From positions 3,390,001 to 3,422,000 of the forward strand of contig CP104013.1 in assembly GCA_025839675.1 (NCBI GenBank): a DNA stretch of 32,000 bases. The letters run 5' to 3'. Position 1 is the first letter of the stretch. Each line of letters opens with the position of its first letter. The translations under genes were made by a program, and so were the position numbers. Origin of the DNA: Candidatus Lokiarchaeum ossiferum (lineage in GTDB: Archaea > Asgardarchaeota > Lokiarchaeia > Sigyniarchaeales > Promethearchaeaceae). Shown piece by piece: positions 24,620 to 32,000 of this stretch. The notes under the pieces are model-generated. The model saw nothing but the letters and a program-made list of their open reading frames with translations, was not told the origin of the DNA and ran no database searches.

Positions 24620-25711
24620 TTGTGGGAATCAGTTGGAGATCTGAAAGACAAGAAAGTTAGATGTAAAGTTTGTTCTCATTATTGTGTGATTTCTCCTGGA
24701 AAAAGAGGTTTTTGCAATACTCGCGAAAATATTGAAGGAAAATTATACACTTTAATTTATGGGTCATGCATTTCCACCGGAAGTATTGATCCTGTAGAAA
24801 AGAAACCTCTCTATCATTTTTGGCCTGGTTCAGATGCCTACTCTATCGCAACAATAGGTTGCAGTTTTCGCTGTCAACATTGCCAAAATTGGGAAATATC
24901 GCAATCTCATCCAGACTCCAACGGAGAATTTGCTCAATTTAAGCAAAAAGATCAAACAAATTTTGGGGCGAGATCTTTCCCCCTCACAAAGATGACACCA
25001 GAACAAGTTGTATCTAACGTAAAACGATCCAAATCGAGATCGATTGCTTATACCTATAACGAGCCAACTATTTGGTATGAATTCATCAAGGACACATCCA
25101 TTTTAGCAAAAAGGGAAGGGATCAAAAACATACTAGTAACCAACGGTTATAGTAGTTCCGAAGCCAACCGAGATTATATTAAATTCATCGATGGGGCAAA
25201 TATTGACATAAAGGCATTTTCTGATAAATTTTATAAAGAAATTGTAGGTATACCCTCGATTAAGCCAGTATTAGAAACTGCAGAATTTTTTTATAAAAAT
25301 GGGGTGCATGTTGAACTAACTACTCTAATCATTCCTAATCAGAATGATAAGGAATCAGAAATACGAGAATTAATTCAATGGGTCATTAACAAACTTGGAT
25401 CTGAAGTACCCATGCACTTTTCAGCCTATCGACCAATGTATAGAATGAATGAACCCTCGACTTCCTCGAATATTTTGGAGCAATATTACGAGATCGCAAA
25501 AAAAGAAGGACTCCAAAATGTTTTTTTAGGGAACATTAATTCAAAACGTGGAAATCATTCCATTTGTCCTTCTTGTGGGGAAATAATTATTCATAGACAT
25601 GGATATTCCATCAGTAATAAGAATTTAACGGAAAATAATACTTGTAAAAAATGTGGGTCAAAAATTGCAATACAAGGAGAAATTACATCATCCAAAGCAA
25701 GATTTTTTTGA
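24620..25711 (+). CDS. amrS: AmmeMemoRadiSam-system radical SAM enzyme (AmrS; PFL-activase-like)
   Basis: 363-aa ORF. It has an N-terminal Cys cluster ('VRCKVCSHYCVISPGKRGFCNTR'), 'DPVEKKPLYHFWPGS', the canonical 'GCSFRCQHCQNWEISQ' CxxxCxxC motif, and a C-terminal zinc ribbon ('CPSCGE...CKKCGSKI'). The start is uncertain (TTG 24620). Confidence 0.8.
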   Translation: MWESVGDLKDKKVRCKVCSHYCVISPGKRGFCNTRENIEGKLYTLIYGSCISTGSIDPVEKKPLYHFWPGSDAYSIATIGCSFRCQHCQNWEISQSHPDSNGEFAQFKQKDQTNFGARSFPLTKMTPEQVVSNVKRSKSRSIAYTYNEPTIWYEFIKDTSILAKREGIKNILVTNGYSSSEANRDYIKFIDGANIDIKAFSDKFYKEIVGIPSIKPVLETAEFFYKNGVHVELTTLIIPNQNDKESEIRELIQWVINKLGSEVPMHFSAYRPMYRMNEPSTSSNILEQYYEIAKKEGLQNVFLGNINSKRGNHSICPSCGEIIIHRHGYSISNKNLTENNTCKKCGSKIAIQGEITSSKARFF

Positions 25712-25826
25712 GTTTCATGGTGTTTTTATTCAATTGTTCAACTTTTCGCTCTAGAAATTTTTTATTAATTTCTTGCTTGAATGTATCAGATATATAGTTT
25801 GAAATTAATGTAGGTATGAAATTAGA

Positions 25827-28520
25827 ATGAGTATTACGTCGTTGCGCAATAACTTAAAATTCGGAATTTTAGGAATCTTTCTTGGAATTCTCATTTTTCA
25901 ATCGGTACTTCTGGTTCAGTCACCAATAAATTTCGACAAAAACCAAAATGAAGCATCCTTTCTGGAAGAAACAACTATTCCCCTCGATCAAGGGGGTTAC
26001 GATCTCACAAAGTTACCCTTTTTGGAGAACACCTCCCCAATAGTAAATTGGTTAGAAAATGACCTTATCGATAATGCTACTCTCCGTGAATCCCCCAATG
26101 ATCCAAATTATCCCTTATATTATGGAGAATCAAATGAAGCTGGTTCAAACATAGATGATACTAATCACTATTTAGAAGATTTTGCTGTTTTTCTTGATAG
26201 TCTCTTTGGATTCGTTGCAGAAGATGGTGAAAACATTATCGATTATTATAATCGCTTAGGTGATTATGGATTTCAAAATTCCACCGAAGATGGATATTAT
26301 TCTTTTGTGACTGATGGCTATTCTGAAAATTCCACAGTCAAAGATTTCATGGGAAACGCTCAATTAATTCTCTCTCTTATAACCGCGATTGAGAATGGCG
26401 ATATTGAATCCGCACAAGTTGAAAGTATTATTTCTGATCAATGGGATGCATTGAATTCTGTGTTTTATGATGAGACCGATTCCGTCAATCTATTTAACCA
26501 CAGTACTTCTGATAGCCAAAAGTATTACAAAGATCAATTTTTAGCCGCTCTAATTGGGATGAAATTAGATCAGTTGAACATTTATGATTCTGCTTCAATA
26601 AAAGCACAGGATATTATGTATCGATCAACTTCCACTGCAACTGGTTTCAAAGAACAAAATGAATATGATATTGCTCTAGATGAAGATGGAACAAATTTAA
26701 ATGCTGATCGAGACTTAACCACCCAAGCTTATGCAATTATGGCATTAATTGAGTATGATTTAATTAATACATCCACTGATGCTAGAGCAAAAGGTATTGA
26801 AATGGCTGAAGAAATTTATCAAAAAATTAACTCAACCATGACTAATTCATCTACAAATTCATTATTCTTGAATACATGGGAAACCGTAGGTATTAATGAT
26901 GTCGCTGAAACTGATGTAGTCATTGATTTGAAAGCAAACGCTATAATGATGATGGCAATCCAACGCTTATTTGAAGTAACTGGAAACATGACCTATTATA
27001 ACCATTTACTGAGCATGTATAATGCAGTTCAAGATTTATTCTTAGATGGAACGAATGGGAACTATTATAAATCGGCTCGTCCTTGGGATGCAACTACAAT
27101 TAAAGTGAAAAATCTGGGGACTCATGCATATTTATATCGTTCTTTGAACGCTCTTGATTCCTTGGCAAGTCAATCCGTCCTGTCCTTACAACTAAATTCT
27201 AGTGATCTAGAAGATGGTGCCCAATTGCTCAAAGCTGAAAATGTAGGTCTTAACATTACGGGTCAATTCTATTTTGATTTACCTGATTACGATGGATTAG
27301 CATTTATTTTGAACTCCACTTTCTATTATTCCGTACGTGGAGATGATAACACCTTGCTTTACAATGTTACTTTCAACGAAAATATTACAGGTGAAACTTC
27401 ATTAATCTATGATATTTCAAGTTTAAACACTGGAATTTACACTGTGTCTGTCATGGCTAATTTTTCTGGTATTGAAACTCAATTTGCAGATATTAAATTT
27501 GAAATAATCTCCGGATTAGAAACTGACTCCCTCGTTTTAGAATCGGATTCTCTTTATGCAGGAGAACAAACAGAATTGAATTTAACTATTGAGAGTACTC
27601 GAGTAGATCCTATGGATCTTACGGTTCAAATAAATGGAACGACTATACAAAATCAAACCCTCATAAATCAAGAAGTCCTAAATGAAACTTCTACCTCTTT
27701 GGTTTTTGATGTTCAAACATTAACAAACGCAGAAGTAGGTGCTTCTTCTTTAACAATCGAAGCTTTTGATGGGGATGATAAGATTTTATCTAAAGATGTT
27801 GCTTTCACAATCTCTGCTCCAATCGTGATTCAAGAAATTAGTACAAGTTCAAAAGCGTTCAAGGGTGAAGACTTAGAAATTGAAATTCGTTTCCAGAATC
27901 TCGTTGATCCATCAATTGATGTAAAAATTTCTGTTACTGGAGATTATGTTAGTTTCACAACAATTACACATACTGTCGGTGCAGGTGTTTCATCAATGAA
28001 AATCAATGTCTCCATTAGTGAAGACGCTCCTTATGGCACCATTGATTTCGAATTGGAAATAAATCGTGCTTCTGTTGGGGATCTAGTCAAATCTGAAGAA
28101 CTCACTGTCTCAGTTAAAAATATGGTTGAATTTATTTCCTTCAATGCTCCAGAAAACTCTTATCAAGGAAGAGAAAGTGTGGCTACCTTGGAAGTTATCA
28201 ATCATCTTTCTTCTGCCACAGATATAATAATCTCTGTTGATGGAGAAGAGTACAATGAAAGTTTGATTTCCGGTGAAAATACCATTGATATCGCATTTGG
28301 TAATAAATTTTTGAATCCTTACAAAATGGGTACTCAAGGTTTCACGATTAAAATTGTAGATTCTGATGGAAATCTCATTTATGAAGAATATGTAGAAACC
28401 CAAGTGAAATTGTCAATGGGCAGTATTCTTCTTGGATACGTCTTGCCAGTGTTGATTCCTGCCTTAGGAATCGTGATTTTGAAACACTTAGCAATGGAAA
28501 ATAAAAAACGATTAAGTTAA
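25827..28520 (+). CDS. Membrane-anchored surface protein: possible (alpha/alpha)6 six-hairpin domain plus CARDB-like beta-sandwich repeats
   Basis: 897-aa ORF with an N-terminal signal anchor ('FGILGIFLGILIFQSVLLV') and a C-terminal TM helix ('ILLGYVLPVLIPALGIVIL') followed by a basic end. The helical-hairpin signatures include 'TQAYAIMALIEYDL' and 'ANAIMMMAIQRLFEVTGNMTYYNHLLSMYNAVQDLF'. Three CARDB-like units are 'YAGEQTELNLTIES', 'FKGEDLEIEIRFQN' and 'YQGRESVATLEVIN'. Confidence 0.65.
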   Translation: MSITSLRNNLKFGILGIFLGILIFQSVLLVQSPINFDKNQNEASFLEETTIPLDQGGYDLTKLPFLENTSPIVNWLENDLIDNATLRESPNDPNYPLYYGESNEAGSNIDDTNHYLEDFAVFLDSLFGFVAEDGENIIDYYNRLGDYGFQNSTEDGYYSFVTDGYSENSTVKDFMGNAQLILSLITAIENGDIESAQVESIISDQWDALNSVFYDETDSVNLFNHSTSDSQKYYKDQFLAALIGMKLDQLNIYDSASIKAQDIMYRSTSTATGFKEQNEYDIALDEDGTNLNADRDLTTQAYAIMALIEYDLINTSTDARAKGIEMAEEIYQKINSTMTNSSTNSLFLNTWETVGINDVAETDVVIDLKANAIMMMAIQRLFEVTGNMTYYNHLLSMYNAVQDLFLDGTNGNYYKSARPWDATTIKVKNLGTHAYLYRSLNALDSLASQSVLSLQLNSSDLEDGAQLLKAENVGLNITGQFYFDLPDYDGLAFILNSTFYYSVRGDDNTLLYNVTFNENITGETSLIYDISSLNTGIYTVSVMANFSGIETQFADIKFEIISGLETDSLVLESDSLYAGEQTELNLTIESTRVDPMDLTVQINGTTIQNQTLINQEVLNETSTSLVFDVQTLTNAEVGASSLTIEAFDGDDKILSKDVAFTISAPIVIQEISTSSKAFKGEDLEIEIRFQNLVDPSIDVKISVTGDYVSFTTITHTVGAGVSSMKINVSISEDAPYGTIDFELEINRASVGDLVKSEELTVSVKNMVEFISFNAPENSYQGRESVATLEVINHLSSATDIIISVDGEEYNESLISGENTIDIAFGNKFLNPYKMGTQGFTIKIVDSDGNLIYEEYVETQVKLSMGSILLGYVLPVLIPALGIVILKHLAMENKKRLS

Positions 28521-28522
28521 AT

Positions 28523-28527
28523 GGTGA
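28523..28527 (+). promoter_or_regulatory. Shine-Dalgarno (GGTGA) for the cadherin-like gene
   Basis: It lies 5 nt before ATG 28533, in the 12-nt gap after the upstream stop, which implies co-transcription of the two surface-protein genes. Confidence 0.55.
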
Positions 28528-28532
28528 TTTAA

Positions 28533-30233
28533 ATGACAAAAATTAATACAAAAACAATATTAGTATTTAGTTTGATGTTAGCAGGATTTTTTATGGTGGA
28601 TTTAACTTCTACCAACAATTTATCTAATCTTGGTTTAACTCAATCAATTTACTCTGCTGATGGTAATCTATCAAACTGGAATGTTTCTATTGATAAGGAT
28701 GAAGTAAATCGGGCAATTGAAACTGTTTCAATTTCGTTTACTGATGAAGATCATAATTCCTCTCTTCCAATTACTTTCAAGTATTATGCCAATATTACAT
28801 TATCCAATGGATCAGAATTGAACGTAACCTTGAATAACGCATCTAACATATGGAGCGGAACTTATACACCTGCAGTAACCACTCCAGTTGGTCAAGCAAA
28901 TATTACAATTCTCAAAGTAAACATAGCCGATGAAACAGTTCTTAATGCAGCCACTTTAACTTTGGATGCTTTCTTTGAAATTAAAAACAATCATCCAAAT
29001 ATTGGTGTACAATTAAACGCTACTGAAGTGTTTCGTGGTGATGAAATCAATATGCTTTTGACTCCTTTTGATGTTGAAGATTCAATGGGCGATTTAGAGT
29101 GGGCAGTTGGATTTTATGATTCTACAAATGCTCTTGTGGACCCAATTCGAGCGAAAGGTGATGAACCAAAATTAGATTATGATTATACCATCCCATCCGA
29201 CATTAATACTGGTGCCTACTACATCAATGCAACCTGCTGGGATTCAGAAGATAATGTAACCACCGTAGAATATCCAATAACTGTGTTAGATAATACTCCA
29301 GTTATTGATGCTTATCTCTTTGAAATCGATGGCGTTGAACAAACTGGTGCAATTTCAGTTTTACGAGATTCCGTAATGTTATTGAAAGTTAATGTCAGTG
29401 ATGCTGATTATGATAGCGGAAGTGAAGATTTGCTTCTATCCATTTCTGCCAAGGATGCTTTTACTGGAGAATCAATTTTCCCTGGACTCTATACTACCAT
29501 AGCCTTAAATGAAGCTGGATGGAATTTTACCAAAAATATCACTTTTAACGCCGATATCTCTACTGGATATACTTTATTAACAATGAGAGTTTACCAAGAA
29601 GGAGATACTTCTGTTTACTCCGAATTCACACAAGCAGTAACCGTATTAAATAATGCTCCTGAAATTTCTGAGTATCAAATTAATGAAAAAACTCCATCTG
29701 AACAAAAGACTTTCACTGAAGGAGATATCATTACTTTCACTTTCAATGTTACTGATGTTGAAGATGGAATTGACTATATTAAAGTGGATATTATTTATGT
29801 CGATACCACTACAAATGCGGAAGAAACTATAAGTTATATTGTCCCATACGAAGGTTCGACTACAAGTTTATCCATCCGGACAGTTGATTTGTCCTTAGGA
29901 ACTTTCACAGCATGGGTTTATGTTTATGATGATTTAGGTGCTTTCGATAAATTTGATGAAGGTAATACATTTGAAATCGTAGAAGGTGAAACGATTCAAC
30001 CTATTACTTGGTTAATCTCTGTTGCAGCTTTTATTCTCGGGGGTGCTATTGCTTTAGGTATTAGTTATTCTATTATCAAACCTAGTGTTGCAAAGAAAAC
30101 CTCAAGTGATGATAATTCCACAACAGATGATGACGTAATGACAACCTCAGATGAAGTTGAAGAAGAAGTGCAAGAAGACGCTCCAAAATCAGATCAAAAA
30201 ACAAAGAAGAAAAAATTAATCCGTAAGTTGTAA
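28533..30233 (+). CDS. Type-I membrane protein with cadherin/Ig-like ectodomain repeats and a charged cytoplasmic tail
   Basis: 566-aa ORF with a signal peptide ('ILVFSLMLAGFFMV'). Domain linkers 'IKNNHPNI', 'VLDNTPVI' and 'VLNNAPEI' are spaced about 100-120 aa apart and resemble cadherin 'DxNDNxPxF'. Acidic motifs include 'FDVEDSMGD', 'VSDADYDSGSED' and 'VTDVEDGID'. The TM helix is 'ITWLISVAAFILGGAIALGISYSII', and the tail is acidic and then ends in 'KTKKKKLIRKL'. Confidence 0.65.
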   Translation: MTKINTKTILVFSLMLAGFFMVDLTSTNNLSNLGLTQSIYSADGNLSNWNVSIDKDEVNRAIETVSISFTDEDHNSSLPITFKYYANITLSNGSELNVTLNNASNIWSGTYTPAVTTPVGQANITILKVNIADETVLNAATLTLDAFFEIKNNHPNIGVQLNATEVFRGDEINMLLTPFDVEDSMGDLEWAVGFYDSTNALVDPIRAKGDEPKLDYDYTIPSDINTGAYYINATCWDSEDNVTTVEYPITVLDNTPVIDAYLFEIDGVEQTGAISVLRDSVMLLKVNVSDADYDSGSEDLLLSISAKDAFTGESIFPGLYTTIALNEAGWNFTKNITFNADISTGYTLLTMRVYQEGDTSVYSEFTQAVTVLNNAPEISEYQINEKTPSEQKTFTEGDIITFTFNVTDVEDGIDYIKVDIIYVDTTTNAEETISYIVPYEGSTTSLSIRTVDLSLGTFTAWVYVYDDLGAFDKFDEGNTFEIVEGETIQPITWLISVAAFILGGAIALGISYSIIKPSVAKKTSSDDNSTTDDDVMTTSDEVEEEVQEDAPKSDQKTKKKKLIRKL

Positions 30234-30275
30234 CCCTTTTTCTTCTAACAACCTTTTTTCTTTACTTATTCTCTT

Positions 30276-31232
30276 CTAACGATGTTTTATCATTTCCTCT
30301 AATTCTTTCAACTTATCAGATACCACTTGTGAAGATCCAAAAAGTGTCGGAAATATATTATTGTTTTTATCTGGACTTATGACAATTAGCATCCCATAAT
30401 CATTGATTTCTTTGAGAATAATAAATCGAGTTTCTGTGGTAAAAATATAGGAATCCAAATACATATGTTCCTGCTTAGATTGCTGGAAGGCTTCTTGAAT
30501 TGATTCAAAGATCGAATCAATATTTGATTCCATCAGTGCGATATCCAATGGGATGTATTTTAAAGGATCTGCAGGAATATCCCCTAATGTTGATGTAGTG
30601 ATTAATCCATCTGGACGGTTTAACAAGATCAATTCACAATTAATGTCCGCTTTTATGGATTCTAACATTTCCCGAATATTTTTCCTTTTCTGGAGTTCAA
30701 GAACAGAATTTTCCAAAGCATTATCAAGAATTTCAATCAATCGATGTTGAGCCGTGCCATGTTTCACAGAAACGGGGGTGAATTCTAATAAGTGGAGATA
30801 TTTTGGGTCAATTTCCAACCGCAATAATTCAAACAGCTTGTTCGGATCTGCTCCTTCAACATCAGTTTTATTCATCAAAACATAAATCCGTTTAACTTGG
30901 GGAGATAATTCGACAATATTTTCTACAAATTGTTTGAAGAGCTTTGCTTGTTCTGGGTGCAATTCTGAACAATCCTCCATGAATATGGGAATTGATACTT
31001 CAGAAAATAAACTTTCTCGTTGGTTTTCAGAAAAATATCGTTTAAGATATTTATCTTGCCCGCCAGAATCCCATGCATTGATTTCAAGCAATCCCCGAAA
31101 GAGATAGTTTTCTCTGCTAATTCCTCTAGTAGGTGGGATGTTTATCAGTTGCAAAAATGTATAGCCTTCACAGGTTGATTTCAGTAATGAAGTTTTCCCA
31201 ACAGCAGCATTTCCGAATACAAGCGTCTTCAC
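30276..31232 (-). CDS. Rag/Gtr1-family small GTPase with C-terminal roadblock domain
   Basis: 318-aa ORF with a GTG start. G1 is 'GNAAVGKTS', G2 is 'PPTRGI', G3 is 'WDSGGQDKYLKRYFSENQRESLFSEVSIPIF' (compare Rag/Gtr1 'WDCGGQDTFMENYF..Q.D.IF..V.VLI.VF'), and G4 is 'NKTD'. The C-terminal roughly 140 aa ('ELILLNRPDGLITTST', 'RFIILKEINDYGMLIVISPD') align with the Rag roadblock domain. Confidence 0.8.
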   Translation of the reverse strand: MKTLVFGNAAVGKTSLLKSTCEGYTFLQLINIPPTRGISRENYLFRGLLEINAWDSGGQDKYLKRYFSENQRESLFSEVSIPIFMEDCSELHPEQAKLFKQFVENIVELSPQVKRIYVLMNKTDVEGADPNKLFELLRLEIDPKYLHLLEFTPVSVKHGTAQHRLIEILDNALENSVLELQKRKNIREMLESIKADINCELILLNRPDGLITTSTLGDIPADPLKYIPLDIALMESNIDSIFESIQEAFQQSKQEHMYLDSYIFTTETRFIILKEINDYGMLIVISPDKNNNIFPTLFGSSQVVSDKLKELEEMIKHR

Positions 31233-31254
31233 TATTAAAAATCGGATTTAATCC

Positions 31255-31262
31255 TTATAAAA
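31255..31262 (-). promoter_or_regulatory. TATA box (TTTTATAA) of the Rag-like GTPase gene
   Basis: The minus strand reads TTTTATAAGGATTAAATCCGATTTTTAATAGTG. The TATA centre lies about 26-27 nt upstream of the GTG, which predicts a leaderless or near-leaderless mRNA. Confidence 0.45.
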
Positions 31263-31439
31263 AGTTCGCAGAGATAAAAATAATGGAGAAAAAGTTTTTA
31301 TTGGGCTATTGGCTTAAAAACATGGTCTATGATGATGTTACCCCCGAAGATATATGCTTTAGCATGTAAATGATTCACTTTTATAATTCTGAGACCAAAA
31401 ATGCTTGAATTGCCGTTGAATTAGAATTAAATGCTAGTA

Positions 31440-31667
31440 TTAGATTAAGTGGCGCATGAAGTAGTCAATTTGCTTCTTCGAGTTTTCATAGGCCTTTTCA
31501 ATATTTTTCCCAAAAAGCTTTGGCATTACTTCCTCGATGGAATAGTCAATTATTTTTGACAATTTATCAAAATTCTTGAGATTAGAACCTATATTTTGAA
31601 TAATTTTGGAATAATCTACTTTGGTTTTTTTGTTTATTTCTTCGATTTCATTTGATCCTTCAGTCAT
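31440..31667 (-). CDS. Small helical hypothetical protein (75 aa)
   Basis: A GAGGT Shine-Dalgarno lies 8 nt upstream of the ATG (minus strand GAGAGGTTGCATCAATG). The ORF starts 21 nt downstream of the activase stop. No family was recognised. Confidence 0.45.
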   Translation of the reverse strand: MTEGSNEIEEINKKTKVDYSKIIQNIGSNLKNFDKLSKIIDYSIEEVMPKLFGKNIEKAYENSKKQIDYFMRHLI

Positions 31668-31688
31668 TGATGCAACCTCTCTATCGAA

Positions 31689-32000
31689 TTAAAAAACAGC
31701 CCATTTTCCACACCGATCTCCCCAACGGGCTACTACTTCTTTTCGTTCTTTACCATTCTCATCTGTATCTCCTGTTTTCATAAGAACAGATACAACTTCA
31801 CAACGATTAGGACAACCCTGACACCGAAATGCTTTAGTTTGAAATTCAATATCCAAAACATCAAAGCCTCGGAATTTTGTTTGCCATTTACCCGCTATTT
31901 TTTCTGTCCGGTGAGCTTCTTCCATTACTAAAATTGCTGCCCCAATTGCTCCCATTAAGATATTATTTTCTGGGACGATAACTTTTGCGTTCAAAGCTTT
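31689..32000 (-). CDS. C-terminal part of a BcrAD/BadFG-type ATPase (CoA-substrate-specific enzyme activase / HgdC-like), truncated by the window edge
   Basis: 'VIVPENNILMGAIGAAILV' is the typical end of the acetate/sugar-kinase-fold activase domain. It is followed by a Cys cluster 'FRCQGCPNRCEV...CGKW'. The ORF runs off the window, so the M at 31994 is not the true start. Confidence 0.6.
   Translation of the reverse strand, partial: KALNAKVIVPENNILMGAIGAAILVMEEAHRTEKIAGKWQTKFRGFDVLDIEFQTKAFRCQGCPNRCEVVSVLMKTGDTDENGKERKEVVARWGDRCGKWAVF

Noticed and set aside
24620-25711. The possibility that the radical SAM enzyme is a viperin-like antiviral (defence) enzyme.
   Set aside because: The 'DPVEKKPLYHFWPGS' block, the N-terminal extra Cys cluster and the C-terminal zinc ribbon are AmrS/PFL-activase-like features. 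The viperin-type 'CNxxCxYCF' context and C-terminal extension are absent.
31133-31369. A 78-aa plus-strand ORF overlapping the 5' end and promoter of the Rag-like GTPase gene.
   Set aside because: It overlaps the well-supported GTPase N-terminus (P-loop) in antisense, and the remainder is spacer-like sequence.
1-32000. A search for CRISPR arrays, transposases or integrases, tRNA/rRNA genes and obvious defence-system genes.
   Set aside because: I saw no regularly spaced direct repeats, no G+C-rich structured-RNA islands, and no ORF with transposase, integrase, nuclease or Cas-like motifs. The window looks like core chromosome plus surface-protein genes.

Overview
The window is AT-rich (about one-third G+C by eye), densely coding, and has no rRNA, tRNA, CRISPR array or mobile element. 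Gene content is archaeal: a GINS-like protein, an archaeal-type ScpA kleisin, TATA-box/leaderless and Shine-Dalgarno starts, and a PGF-CTERM-like sorting tail. It also carries eukaryote-like proteins, so an Asgard (Loki/Promethearchaeia-like) origin is my inference. I call 21 CDSs:
- split formiminotransferase and cyclodeaminase genes
- a TRASH-type zinc protein
- a COG1031-type radical SAM enzyme
- a Gfo/Idh/MocA oxidoreductase
- an smc-scpA-scpB operon
- a secreted clostripain-like (C11) protease
- an LHPP/NagD-like HAD hydrolase
- a GINS-like protein
- a polytopic membrane protein with a roughly 750-aa HEAT-repeat solenoid
- an orphan coiled-coil protein
- a Zn-ribbon protein with a possible DENN/folliculin-like core
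- a TPR protein
- an AmmeMemoRadiSam-type radical SAM enzyme
- two tandem surface proteins, one of them cadherin-like
- a Rag/Gtr1-family GTPase with a roadblock C-terminal domain
- a 75-aa protein
- the 3' end of a BcrAD/BadFG-type activase

The most interesting leads are:
- the uncharacterised cluster at 20975-24550, which may encode a small-GTPase regulator, lying about 6.7 kb from the Rag-like GTPase
- a 1505-aa SMC with canonical heads but no recognisable hinge, whose ScpA and ScpB partners carry oppositely charged low-complexity tails
- the membrane-anchored HEAT solenoid

All family assignments come from motif reading by eye. No searches were run.
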